The position numbers and the translations under genes are program-made. From positions 307,272,001-307,336,000 of the forward strand of contig OZ024742.1 in assembly GCA_964016885.1 (NCBI GenBank): 64,000 nucleotides of DNA, written 5' to 3'. The notes under the pieces were generated by a model that was given only the letters and a program-made list of their open reading frames with translations, made no database searches and was not told the DNA's origin. The stretch is from Eledone cirrhosa. Lineage: Eukaryota. Below are positions 24,251 through 38,297 of this stretch, piece by piece. Numbering within the stretch: the stretch's first letter is position 1; every line of letters begins with the position of its first letter.

Positions 24251-25046
24251 TGCACCTCTCAGAAATGCGTCTGTCAGGTGAAGATCAGTTGACAGAAGTA
24301 TCATCAAAATATATAATTTTATGGCTTGGTAAGCCTAAAGGCGAGCGTGGAGAAGGAGGGCTTGGTTTTGCTATCAGAACAACATTGGCAAAATATTTAC
24401 AGTGCTCTTCCTCTAATAATATTGATCGCATAATGAAGCTACTTATTCCACTCATGTGTGGACGTTTTGCGACAATCTTTTCATTTTATGCTCCAACGCT
24501 CCAACTCTCCAAGCCAATGAAGAAACTGTTATGACCTATGAAAGCCTTCATACTGACATTACTTCCACACCGAATAATGACAAGCTAATACTTCTTGAGA
24601 AGGGGAACAGTGGATATAATCTTCTCTGCGGGGAAGATGCATAGAACAGCAACTGCCTTTATATTAAGTTTTTATAGACTTGACCAAGGCTTTTGATACA
24701 GTCAACAGAGAAGCCTTATGATGACCGAACTCTGGACAATTAACACACTACATCCTTTGGTTTATCTTATCACCAACTTTGTGTACCTGTAATATCCCGC
24801 CTGGTGCGGATTTACCCGGCTAAAATATTGTTACGTAACAATTGAGAGCTGCATCAGGTATGCACATAACGCTTACGAAGTTTTATGGAAAATTAGAACC
24901 TGTTTCATATATATTTAGATACCAATACTACATTGGGTACCTGACTACGTGATCCCAATTCTTAGAGAAGTACAACCGACGTGGAGCGCTAAGGATGATT
25001 ACACCCTAGTTTATTGCTTGCGGTGTTGCCAGTGCATTGATATAAG

Positions 25047-25252
<206 letters not shown>

Positions 25253-25276
25253 GTGTATATATTCCTCTTTCTTCTC

Positions 25277-25319
<43 letters not shown>

Positions 25320-25788
25320 ATACAATATCGGAGAAAGCTTTTTAGCGATACTCCGGCCAAATTCCAACTCACTCAACAAACATTAGGAAATAAGTGATTA
25401 TATTCCCAATTATACGTTCGGGGTGCTAACTAAAAGTATTGCGTGGAAAATTGGCTGTATTATTTCATATGAGACATATCTAATATATCTCTTCCCAGAC
25501 GGACGTCTCGTTTCATTATAGGATTCCTACAATTTGGGTGAAATTATACCAATTTATGTAGGAGCTGTATACCATCAATAGATATATATTCAAGTGGGCT
25601 CCTATAATTCATCAGTGGGTGCCCCAATAATACTAATATTGATAATCTAACCAACATCAGTATTTAGCGATAATCACCATCCTCTATGCCTGAGGTATCT
25701 GTCAGGTTGCCAGTCCAGCAGTTTTAAAGAAGTGCTCAAACTGATTAAAAAAATGAGGAAGTAAATTACCGCCAAAAAAACAATACAT

Positions 25789-25819
<31 letters not shown>

Positions 25820-25823
<4 letters not shown>

Positions 25824-27220
25824 AGCGGGTGGTGAGATCACGAATAACCCACTTTCTTGAAAGCAACGGCCTGCTGAACTCCAACCAACATGGATTCCGT
25901 AATGGAAGGGACTGCCTAACGCAGCTCCTGCATCACTTTGACGATGTTTTGAGAGCCTTGGGAGAGGGCTCCAACACTGATGTCATCTACCTTGATTTCA
26001 GCAAGGCCTTTGATCATAAGATTCTACTGAAAAAACTATCTAATGTTGGTGTCTCTGGAAGGTTACTACAGTGGATCAAATGTTTCCTGACAGGCAGAAA
26101 CCAGCATGTTGTAGTCGAAGGAGTAAAATCAAGCCCTGCCAATGTCAACAGTGGCGTCCCACAAGGCACTGTGTTGGCACACTTCTTTTCATCATCTACA
26201 TTAATGACATTACTGACATCATCAAACACAGTAACATCAGAATCTTCGCTGATGATTCCAAGCACCAAAGGGTCATCAATGAGGTGGGTGACCGGACTTG
26301 CCTTCAGTCAGACCTACTGGCTGTTATCCAATGCGCAGAGATGAATAATATGCTGTTGAATGAGGATAAATTTGAACTAATCCACTTTGGAAAAAAGGAT
26401 GCCCTGAAACTACCATACTCTCTTCCTTCGGGTGAAACTCTAGTGGCTTCCAATAACATCAGAGACTTGGGAGTAATTGTGGACAACAATATAAGCTGGG
26501 CCACTCATATAAACAGCAAAGTTGATATGGCCCGCAGAATGTGTTCCTGGATTCTCAGAACTTTCCAGTCGAGAGATATCCACACTGTTGTCCTGCTCTT
26601 CTCCACTTTTGCCCGACTCCACCTTGAATACTGTTGTCCACTGTGGTCACCCCACACGAAACAAAGTATCATGAAAGTTGAAGCACCCCAAAGGTCAATT
26701 ACAAAAAAGATAGTTGGCATGATAGGCCTTGACTATTGGGGTCGATTAGAAAAGCTCAAACTTTATTCTCTTCAACGTCGCCGTGAGCGCTACATTATCT
26801 GTATGATGTGGAAAATATTCCATCAGCTTAGCCCAAATGATGCTGGCATCACCTTTAGTGTACACCCAAGGCTTGGGGCCCGTGCTATCCACCCACGACA
26901 AAAATCCCTCTCGCATCACATAACAACAATACGGCACAATTATTTCACCTCAATTGGCCCTGCACTCTTTAACATTACACCAAAACACATCAAAGCAGAG
27001 ACAGACCCCATCAAGTTCAAGAAGTCTTTGGATAAATTCCTTCAAGAAATCCCGGATAAGCCTCCTACACCCGGATATGCCTCCGTAAACAATAACTCTC
27101 TGCTCGAGTGGGCCATGGTGCCCAAACACTGATTTGTAAGACTTCGCCAGGTGGTGCTATTAAGTTAGACATGGCCTGGGCCAATACTGGCTGAAACCTA
27201 TCAAAGTTATCAAAGTTATA
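25820..27220 (+). mobile_element. 5'-truncated CR1-group LINE RT with a frameshift, inserted in (TA)n
   Basis: QHGFRNGRDC, YLDFSKAFD, SGVPQGTVL, IFADD, DLGVIVD, LEYCCPLWSPH, YSLQRRRER; tandem 3' tail TATCAAAGT. Confidence 0.9.
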
Positions 27221-27745
27221 TATATATATATATGGTACAATGTCATATAGGTCCCTTTGCAAAATTAGCTGTCAGCAGTTCTTTAGATTTATTGACTCTC
27301 ATTCCTGCTATTTTTCTTCATTTTTTCTTAACTTAATCAGAGGAAGAAAGGCGGGTCATGTGACCTTTGCAGGTATTCACAAACATTTGGATAACAAGAA
27401 TTGTTTGTATTAATAATTGTTTATACCAATAGATGTTTATATTAATATTTCGAAATTTTGCACGAAAAAAGTTGATTACTTTCCAGACAAAATGGCAATC
27501 TTTCAATCTGTTGACATAGTTAGTTTCCGTTCCCGCTACACAGCAACGAATGAGTTATCACTTCTTTTCTCCTCGAAGCTATCAATGTACTGAGATTAAC
27601 AAAATGTCACTCAACATGAATATTGATGAATGGACCTTCACCGGTTCAGACAATGTGTGTTTCAGTTGTTAGTTCAACCGAACAGCCTGCTCATAGAATT
27701 AACGTAAACAGACTGATAATTTCACAGACAGGTCTGCCCTTAACC

Positions 27746-28478
27746 CAGAGATTCTCATAACCTTTTGGGCCACCACGCCTTTCTCACGGCCACGTAATAC
27801 TCTCTATTTTCAGAGAGACCTGCCTACATGCAAATTGTAAATAATATATAATAAATAAAACCGTTAATCTATATAGCATGAATAATATAATGTATTGTTA
27901 TGTTGCCAATAATAACACACGCACTTGTTGGTTTTCACTTCAATTTATTATAAGTTTCCGGTTGGTTGGCTGGTTCGATAACCGGAAGGTTGTTTATATA
28001 TTGCCAAAGCTCTTTCGTTACACATTCTGTGACCTCCTCAGTGACTAGGTTTTTATTTTGTGTGTCTCTCCTTTGTTCTGTCCTCCAGCATCTACAATAA
28101 AGAGCTTTGACAATATATAAACAATCTTCCGGTTATCGAACCAACCGACCAACCGGAAATTTATAATAAATTGAAGTGAAAACCGACAGGTGGGTGTGTT
28201 TTTATTGGCAACACGACCCTCCCAAAGTATAACAATATTTGTTTCAACACACGTTTTCAGATAAGAAATCTCGCAAAACAAATTCAAAAACGAATATAAT
28301 ATATACTATGTATAAATAAATAATATATATATATTTTTTAAATTTTACTATATTTATATATAATATGTATCATTTGATATTTAATATACTACTATATTAT
28401 CTCTACCCCCACCACATCCTTAGGTTCCAGTGTCCCCTGGACATTCTCAACGTCCCCTTCCCACATTGAGAACCTCTG
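27746..28478. mobile_element. hAT (Charlie-like) MITE inserted in a SINE
   Basis: TIRs CAGAGATTCTCA / TGAGAACCTCTG; TSD CCTTAACC / TCTTAACA; SINE sequence resumes on both sides. Confidence 0.65.
27901..28238. mobile_element. Inverted-repeat HHR mini-PLE (family G): arms 27901-28015 and 28099-28213, short tail; HHR on minus strand at 28003-28045
   Basis: Minus strand GTCA-CTGAGGA-GGTCACAGAATGTGTAAC-GAAA-GAGC-TT-TGGC; tail GACCCTCCCAAAGTATAAC resembles 48183-48203; related copy at 42975-43085. Confidence 0.7.
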
Positions 28479-29969
28479 TCTTAACATAATTCTCAGTGAG
28501 AGTCAGTGGGACACATTTGTGACGGTATTGAATATTTGAAAAGTAGAGTAGCCAATCCGACGGCCTTCTAAACAATTTCAATTTATTCTGTTCCACTCAC
28601 AAAGCATAGTTCGACCCGATCCTCTGGTAAATCACACATCCCTTGATGCCACACAGTAGTATTGAACCCGCAATCTAATGATTGTAAAACGAACCTCTTA
28701 ACCATATACGAAGTTGCATGGGACTTACCCCTTCAGTGTTGTATGCGGACTTATGCGTGATGGTGCTAGTATGTGTGTACGTGTGTTTGTGCATGTTTGT
28801 GTGTGTGGAAGATTATGCTGTGTCATGAAGGCGCGTGTTTTGCTGGTTACGTTGTTCAACTACCGATCGTGAAGTTATGAGTTCGATTCCAGGCGGCACG
28901 TTCTGTCCTTCACCATAACACTATATTTCGCATTGCTCCAATCCACATCTACCTGTGATACAAAGGGTACGCGTGTCAGTGGAATTCCCTGTCATTTTCA
29001 CGTTAATTCCATGAGCCGGACATCCTGTTGATTGAACACCTGGAAACACTGATCGTCGTAACAGATAGATGTCTATTCCTATGTATATATGGTGAAGATA
29101 GTGGCAGTATTGCTGTGTGTATGTGTATGTGTGTGAATGTATACATGTATGCGATGGTGTGGAACACGTGTACCAGCATGAGAGTTGACCTGGCAAAAGA
29201 ATAATAGATGCCATCGACAGAATTAGACAGAACTATTCTTCAAATATTATTATTTTTTTCTTTTCTAAGACCATTGCGGATTATTCAGATATGGACAGCC
29301 GTCGCCTGGAGATTGTCTGAGTATCTTAGTCACCGCATCAATGGAGATATTCCATCTGACATTCGGCTCATAGTTCAGAGGGGGAGGAGGTGGAAAACAA
29401 ACAAACAAAATAAATATGGAATCTCAAACAAATAACACTCACTGTTATAACCATTAGTATTCGCATCACGACTCTGGTGTGGTCCTGCCATATCGACAGA
29501 TTTACACGCTAGATAACATTAAATCTTAAGAGAAAGTTTCTGCCTGGCGTACACACATACACATACACACATATATACACACTCACACCCACACACACAC
29601 AGATACACACTCACACTCACATACATATTCACACATACGCACGCACAAACAAATTACCATTCACACACACACACACACACACACATGCACTCATACACAC
29701 CGGCATACTCTCGTGCAACCAACTATATGTTTAAAAGCAGATTCCCAGGAAATAAAAGCATATCTTTATGTGATAATATGAGTATGTATCTATTTATGTT
29801 TATTGCTATCAATCTATCTATACACACATATATAAATATTTGTATACCCCCCACAGATATACATACATACATACATACATACATACATACATACATACAT
29901 ACATACATACATACATACATACATACATACATACATCCACACATACATACATGCTGGCACATACATACA

Positions 29970-30150
29970 TAGCTGGAACCTTCAAAATTTGCAAAACATT
30001 CTTGCGATTCAAGGGATGACAATTTCTTTTCTTTTACAACCTTGCCACCAGGAAGGTGGCCGGTCAAAAAAAATATACTCGAAATTAAGAGAAAGAGATA
30101 ACATACATACATACATACATACATACACGCATACATATATACATACACTC
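29970..30150. repeat. Dispersed repeat with (TACA)n; homolog at about 62750-62900
   Basis: ACCTTCAAAAT...CAACCTTGC..C..GGAAGGTGG.CGGTCAAA shared. Confidence 0.5.
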
Positions 30151-31593
30151 ATTGTTAATTATTTGTTTAGAAACAAATAAGCAAAAGGAGTTACGGGACC
30201 ATGCATACATGATGGCCGCAACTCGGTTTCGAACACTGTCATCGCTTGACACTCCCCTTAATCATGGGCGGGGCTTTTTAGTCACGTTAGGGAGCCACAC
30301 GTTTGCAAAGATGTGGGCCTCTCGAAGTAGGCATTACTGTGCTGTTTTGGTGAACGACAATTTCAATCCTCTAACTGAGGCATATTCTTTTCCACATACC
30401 CTGTAAACAGAAATGCCATACAATGCATAGCTGACAGGGTCCTTGTGCACGTGGCTTCTTAGATGACCTCTAAGGCCTGCCTTTCTTAGACATAACCGGC
30501 CACATTCTTTAAAAGTTAAATCGAACTGCATGCTAAGATACTTATGCAAACAGACCACAAGACCCTTGAGCTGTTCATGCTCAACACGTTTCTTTTCAAA
30601 TTCTCCCCCCCCCCCCCGTAATTCACTACCTTCCTCTAGGAAAAGCGAGAGTCTCCCAGTCATTCTCCGATATTCTCATCTTCCCCAGTGTACTTTTAAT
30701 GCAATCTTTGTATCTCAATTTTGATTTGTTTGTGAAAGTGCTCCAAACATTTGCGATGTCACTAATAAGTGATCCAAGTCTCACATGCATACAGCAAAGA
30801 AGACAGAATACAGGCATTGTACACTTTCAGTTTTGTCTAATTGGAAATATCAGGCTGAGACCAAAGACGTCCTTCCAGTTTCCAAATGAATCACTTGCCT
30901 TCTTGGTGTGGAGGGAGATTTCATCATCTAGAACACAGGTTCTCAACCTATTTAGGCCAAACGCCCCCTTTTGTCCCTCGAAATCACAAAACGCCCCCCC
31001 CACCCTATTTTTCCATTTTTCAATATACTACTGATTTTGATATCAGTAGATTACTAAAAAATTGATTAACAATATTCTAAAGATACCATTGCAGGCAGCT
31101 GAGAGTATAAATACATTCCTTGAAAGGAAATATATAAATTTCAAAAAAAGAACATAAATGTTCTTTTTTATGAATAAGGACCAGTTGAATTTGTTATATA
31201 CCCACCAGGCGATACCAACTATTTTGAAAATTTATACAAGAGCAACTCTGTCTATCCAAAGAGTGCTCCTCTTATCTGGAAGAAAGTGGCAATTATATCA
31301 TTTCAAAGCTTTCCAGTTTTCCCTTTAATGAAACGGACAGAATAAATGTTGATATCTAACTTGATGTCCCCTCTACTTTGTGAGCTTAGAGACCACGGAA
31401 GAGGGTTTTCATGACTACGCGTGAGGGTAGTAAATGGTAAAATATATACAACAAATGAGTAAGTGAATTGTAGTAGATGGTTTCCAGTCCAGTCAGACTG
31501 CAACTACAAATAAAAAAAATTGTTAGTTTGCTTTGTAACAATAGCATAACCAAGTTTTTGGATAAATCAACTTACTTTAACTTTGACCTCATT

Positions 31594-32650
31594 TCAATGG
31601 GACCCTTGAACTTTATGGAGTCTAGCTAACTCTTTGACGCCAGGCTGGATTTTCGTAAGATGTAGCCGGTGATCTCCACATGTAATTACATTGTAGCGGT
31701 TGCGAGCCTTACTGTGCAGTCTGGAAACAGCACCAAACCTCCTCTTGACTAAGTATGAGCTTGGAAAAGGCAGAGAAAATCTCTTAGCCTCTGCATATAG
31801 GTGTGGAAATCGACGCTGAATTTCCTCTTGTATCCAAAAAAGGGGTTCACCTATTTTGGGAAATCTAATTTTGATCATGTCATCTGCTTGAAGTTCAATG
31901 AATTCTTTCTGAAATATAACGTCCAAATCATCAACGTTAGCTATGAAGGGATATGCTACCCACATTGGGATGTCCATCGGCAAAAGGTCGACAAACAGTT
32001 CTCCCATGTTGTCTTGTAGCGCACGGAAGCGAGCGGTATAAATCTGGAGTTGGTCATCGCTTACAATGTTTTGAACATTGGCGACACTAGGAAAATTATA
32101 AAATTCCCGTCCACAAAGATTCCTTTCGATGACATTCAATTTGGCCAGGAATGTTTTTCACAGCATTCCTTGCTTTAACCAAGGTGATCTTCTTCCCCTG
32201 CAAAGCCAAAATGACGCTATTGCATTTGTCGACGATGTCGGTGAGGTAGGCGCAGTTTTGCCTCACATCGAGGGTTTTCTTGTACAATTCTGTGTTGCGT
32301 CCTTGCAGAAACTCAATGATAGAGACGAACAGTTCAAAGAAGTGAGTAAGGCACTTGCCCTTTGAAAGCCACCTCACTTCATTATGAAGGAGAAACTTGA
32401 CAAATTCTTCGTCATTATCTTGGCACAGTTGCCGGAAAATTCGTTCATTGAGGGAATGCCGTTTGATAAAATTGATGACATCAAGGGCCACCTGCAAGGA
32501 CTTGCTCAGCGGCTTGCTGAGTTTCTTCGCAGCCAAGTGTTGTCGATGAATGACACAATGAACAACAAATACAGATAGATTTTCTCTCTTCAGAAGAGTG
32601 ACGAAACCCTTATGTTGGCCGACCATTGCTATTGCGTCGTCCGTAGCACA
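31594..32650 (-). pseudogene. hAT transposase C-terminal half (Charlie/Buster family), frameshifted near 32130
   Basis: TDDAIAMVG, HCVIHRQHLAAK, EVRWLSKG, FPSSYLV, ending GSH. Confidence 0.85.
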
Positions 32651-32654
32651 TGAT

Positions 32655-33180
32655 ACAATGTGTGTTGTATTTGGTCCTAGATGTATATATTACCTGCATG
32701 TGTGTTGTAGGTAGTCCTAGATGTATGTATTACCTGCTTATGTATTGCATGTGGTCCCAGCTGTATGTATTACCTGCTTGTGTGTTGTATGTGGTCCTAG
32801 ATGTGTGTATTACCTCCTTATGTGTTGTATGTAGTCCTAGATGTATGTATTACCTGATTATGTGTTGTATGTGGTCCTAGATGTGTGTATTACCTGATTA
32901 TGTGTTGTATGTGGTCCTAAATGTATGTATTACCTGCTTGTGTGTTGTATGTGTCCTAGATGTGTGTATTACCTGCTTATGTGTTGTATGTGGTCCTAGA
33001 TGTATGTATTACCTGATTATGTGTTGTATGTGGTCCTAGATGTTTGTATTACCTGATTATGTGTTGTATGTGGTCCTAGATGTTTGTATTACCTGCTTAT
33101 GTGTTGTATGTGGTCTTAAATGTATATATTACCTGCTTGTGTGTTGTGTGTGGTCCTAGATGTGTGTGCTACCCGCTTCT
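32655..33180. repeat. 40-bp minisatellite, about 13 copies, inside the hAT element
   Basis: Unit TGTGTTGTATGTGGTCCTAGATGTATGTATTACCTGCTTA. Confidence 0.9.
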
Positions 33181-34077
33181 GTGTTTTTTTTAATTTTTTT
33201 TATTTGTAATATTATTTATACAATAGGGAATACAATAGATCTACATAGTGTTAACTCGTTACGGTTGAGTCAATAATTTCAGACATGAAATACATTGTTA
33301 TCGGTGACGGAAAGACAAGATTCTAACTGGCTGGACTCGAAGTGTCCTTGACCCAGTTGACTGTGGGTTTTTCCATTGTTAGGATCTCAATTGCCAGTTA
33401 ATGTCTAGACACGCCTGCACACCTGTTTACAGCAGCGGTCAGACCATAGTTATGCTGTCTGCATGGTCATTCAAATGCATTCACACTGGCTGTCTCAAAG
33501 ACATATAAATATGGTTTATAAAGCTTACCAAAGTAAAGAGCCTTCCAGTGCCCCTCAAAGCTCCAAACGCCCCCCTAACACCCCCTTGCTTCCAAACGCC
33601 CCCACCCCCTGGAGTTCCAAAGCGACCCCCGGGGGTGCATATGCCCCTCATTGAGAACCTTTGATCTAGATTATTGGTTATATTTATAGTACTGCCTAGA
33701 TACACAAACTTATTTACGACTTTCAATCTCTGTCCATATATTTATATGCTAGGCGCAGTGTAAGCTTTGTCTGGTGCAGACTGGTATATCATCACAGTCT
33801 TTTGCCGACTAATTGATAAACCCAATGAGCTGCATGCTTTCAAGAAACAGAGTGAGCAAAACGATCACAATCGTCAGCATAGAGGAATTCACGCATTAAT
33901 GATATAAATAGCTTCGTTCTGGCAGGAAACATTCTGACATTGAACATTTTACCTGTTGTTCAATATCTAATATAAACACTATGTGGGCAATCTTCTGGGC
34001 CTATCAAGTAAACACTGTTAAGTACAACGCAGAGTCGGCGCTGGAATATATATGTTTATATTTATATCTATCTCTCC

Positions 34078-34151
<74 letters not shown>

Positions 34152-34152
34152 C

Positions 34153-34183
<31 letters not shown>

Positions 34184-34275
34184 TTATATATATATATATT
34201 TATATAAAAAAGAAAATTTCGCTCTACATGGCTGAATACAATAAATGTAATCTGAGTTTTTCGAATATTAATAAT

Positions 34276-34468
34276 TGTTTCTACTTTTGGCACAAGGCCA
34301 GCAATTACCCAGTGTATTACTGGTACTTTATTTTATCGACCCCGTAAGGATGAAAGGCAAAGTTAATCTCGGCGGGATTTGAACTCAGATCATAAAGGGC
34401 CGTAACTCTATTCGTCAAAGCATGGCGTCCGACTCTCTACCGATACTGCCAACCCACCGCCCTTAATA
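34276..34468 (-). mobile_element. Young full-length MetaSINE-like SINE with 17-bp TSD
   Basis: TSD TTTCGAATATTAATAAT at 34259-34275 and 34469-34485; tRNA-like head. Confidence 0.85.
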
Positions 34469-34924
34469 TTTCGAATATTAATAATAACATTCGATTCGTT
34501 TGCAATTTTGCAAACAAGCCTCAATTTTATATATATATACATTGCGAGGTGTGTCTGCTTCAGATGTTACTGGGTGGTGTTTTTCGTCCCCGCTCGTCTG
34601 GTGTCTCAGTCTTGTAAGTCAAGGATACGAAACACCAAGTAGCAGCTCATGTAGCTGTAGGTTTCAATAAAGAAAAATATTACTCTACTCTAAGGAGCAT
34701 TTAGTTATCCCTCACTCTGCATAATTCTATTTCTAGTTGTGTATGTGTGTGTGTGTGTATTGGCATATATATATATAATGTAGGAGGTGATTTTTATTGT
34801 AGTACAATAAAGCAATGCAGATATCGGATAAGAAGCACTCTACAGTTTGTAGGACTGGAGTATACATAATATATAAGATCAACTGACACCAATTCCTTCA
34901 CCTATTTTGGAGTATACAGAATAT

Positions 34925-36420
34925 ATAAGATAACTGACACCAATTCCTTCACCTATTTTGGCTCCACTTCCACCTCCTTTAAAGCTCGTCTTTATAATCA
35001 TCATTCGTCTTTTAAATACCAACTTAAAAGAACCAACACGGCTCTCTCAAAACTCATATGGTCCTTGAAAGACAAAAATATTAAATATAACATCTCTTGG
35101 AAAAAGGTTTCTTCTGCTTCGCCATACTTGAACAGTTCTCTATCCAAGACTTGCAATCTCTGTCTAAATAAAAAATTTACCATTATATCTAATTTAGATT
35201 CTATAATAAATAGACGCACTGACTTGTTTTCTCTCTGCTTGCATACATTCCACAGAACATTCCATAAAGTATACAGCTAATATCCAAAATTTTATCAATT
35301 CAGAATCCTTTTCTCAAAGGCACATATATATATATATATAATTCTTTAAAAATATACCCATCTTTCTACCTTATTTCAAAGTTATTTATTATACATTATA
35401 TAATACTTGTTACTCATTCTATATCACTCCTATTATCACTTCCCTTTCTTCCTTTTCCTTTTCTTTTCTTTTTCTTTTAATTTCTAACCCCTAATCTGTA
35501 CCTTTTCTCACTGTGCCTAACATAGAAACAATTATTACACAATACAATATATTCTTACTTTATATCACCTTGAAAAAATCCTTCGTAAGCAAACATTTTT
35601 TTGACGTTAGATTATTCATCCTCAATTCATTATTTTTTTCTCACTTTCATATTTCATCCTATCTTCTACTTTTTTCACAATATATCCTTACTTACATTAC
35701 CTTTGCTATTTTTAATAATACATATCAACATTTCCTTTCCATCGCACATATTATTAAACCCTTAAATATTATTCTTAATACATATTAACAATTTTTTTCC
35801 ATCGCACATATTATTAAACCCTTAAATATTATTCTTAATACATATTAACAATTTCTTTTCATCGCACATATTATTAAACCCTTCAATATACAAACCTTAA
35901 CTTTACATTATTTTTCTCTTCGTTAATTTTCAAATTCTTTTAATTTATACATTATCTTCCAACGGTTTTTCAACCTCTCTATGTAAAACAATATATTTTT
36001 CTCAGTTATAAAAGCTATCTCTCTCTCTCTATCACCCATCTCTCCTCCTATCTCATCCTTCCTCATTATACTCCTCCCACTCCACTTTTTACTCTCATCT
36101 CCTCCTCTTTTTCATCCTTTCCAACTCCCCCTCTCCTCCTATCTCATCCTTCCTCATTATACTCCTCCCCCTTTACTTTTTACTCTCATCTCCTCCTCTT
36201 TTTCATCCTTTCCAACCTCCCACCCCCCCTCAACATTTTTTTCCCCCCAATATCACACATCAATCTAAATCTACTTTTCACATGTTGATTTAAAACTGCA
36301 CTATCCACAAGTGTTTTTTAACCTTCACATCATGTCTTCCTATTTTATCTGATGAAAATACAAATGTTATTGCATGATGATATTTGTTTTTGAAATGCGC
36401 ATAATAAAATACATGTAACT
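34925..36420 (+). mobile_element. 5'-truncated Naiad-type Penelope-like element: GIY-YIG C-terminal part, long 3' UTR and HHR
   Basis: YFGSTSTSFKARLYNHHSSF...TALSKLIWSLKD...WK...CNLCL...INRRTDLFSLC. Confidence 0.75.
36341..36411 (+). ncRNA. Hammerhead ribozyme at the PLE 3' end
   Basis: TATTTTAT-CTGATGA-AAATACAAATGTTA...TGATATTTGTTTTT-GAAA-TGCGCA-TA-ATAAAATA; 8-bp stem I, palindromic stem III ATGCGCAT. Confidence 0.85.
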
Positions 36421-36620
36421 CTTTTAACCATCTTTTGATCTTATAGGGCGGTGCCCCAGCATGGCCTCAGCCGGATGGCTGAAACAGGTAAAAGAGTATA
36501 TGTAAGTATGTATACGCACATACATATATGTATACAGACGTACAGTAGCATGAATATATATATATATATACATACAGGTACACATACATATATGTACGTA
36601 CATATATGTATGTCTACCTG

Positions 36621-36656
<36 letters not shown>

Positions 36657-36769
36657 TGCTACTGTACGTCTGTATACATATATGTATGTACGTATACATA
36701 CATACTTACATTTAAGTAAGTGCCGTACTAAGAGTGAGAAATGAAATTTCGTTTTCATTTTATTACAAG

Positions 36770-37149
<380 letters not shown>

Positions 37150-37436
37150 TACACACACATATATATATATATATATACATCCACACACACACACACATAT
37201 ATATATATATACATCCACACATATGCATTCATACATACATTGATAAGTATTTGTTGAGAAAAAAATATATTGCTTTTGATTACAACTGTCTTGTGCACAC
37301 CAAAAAATTCAATTCATGTGTGTACATGAACAAAGGTTTGTCTATGTGTATATATGAATGTGTTTGTGCGGATGTACACATTATTGTGTATGATCTTGTG
37401 TTTGTCTTTGTGTATGTATGTGTATGTGTGTGTATG

Positions 37437-37467
<31 letters not shown>

Positions 37468-37480
37468 TTATATATATATT

Positions 37481-37514
<34 letters not shown>

Positions 37515-37536
37515 TATATATATATTTATATATATA

Positions 37537-37596
<60 letters not shown>

Positions 37597-37792
37597 GATA
37601 TACACACAGCTATATATATATATATATATATATATTTGTGTGTGTGTGTGATTGTGTGTGAGAGAGTGAGAGTGTGTGTGTGATTGTGTGAGAGAGAGAG
37701 TGAGTGTGTGTGTGTATGAGAGAGAGCGAGAGAGAGATAGAGAGAGATAGTGAGAGAGAGAGAGAGTGTGTATGTGTGTGTGTGGTGGTGGT

Positions 37793-37828
<36 letters not shown>

Positions 37829-38297
37829 TGTGTGCATGTCTATAATGGTGTCTAGCTAAAGAAAAGGCTCTAGTAGACTGGATTCACTGAAAATAGCTGA
37901 GAAGTCTGTGGAATTGGCTGAAAGAAAGAAAAATTGTGAATAGACCAAAGAAGTCGGTATATATCACTATGTCTTTATCAATATGGTTGTCAGCAGATGT
38001 TTACTTCAGTTTGTACCGAAAATACATGATTGAAAACGTTGCCATAGCTATTTCAGTGAAATTTTAAAGGAAGTTAATAGATCGAAGCGTATTGCAGTCT
38101 TTTCTTTTTGATTTGACGTTACTATGGCGTGCTAGCAAAAGATATGCTTCTTTGTTTGTCATAGCTATCTATCTATATATCTATCTATATATCTATCTAT
38201 GTATCTATCTATCCATCTATCTACTTACGTACTTACATACATACCCACCTACCTACCCCTCTCTCTCTCTTTATATATATATATATATATATATAGA

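Larger units (their letters stand above)
22600..24725 (+). mobile_element. Decayed RTE (BovB-like) LINE, APE N-terminus, split by the 22782-24250 insertion
   Basis: CWNV*TILDQNSSNRQERRTALATKE | LSEMRLSGEDQLTEV...GLGFAIR...YAPTL; DLTKAFDTVNREAL at about 24680. Confidence 0.8.
30934..33663 (-). mobile_element. hAT (Charlie/Buster-like) DNA transposon, internally deleted
   Basis: TIRs CACAGGTTCTCAA / TTGAGAACCTTTG; 8-bp TSD ATCTAGAA / ATCTAGAT. Confidence 0.9.
30180..33900 (-). mobile_element. Decayed RTE-BovB-like LINE 3' part with C2H2 tail, split by a hAT insertion
   Basis: KVVNKFVYLGSTINITNNLD joins DEISL across the TSD; KLRYKDCIKSTL...WETLA; CGRLC...GHLRSH. Confidence 0.8.

Noticed and set aside
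32655-33180. CRISPR-like array
   Set aside because: Contiguous 40-bp units with no unique spacers, in a eukaryotic context
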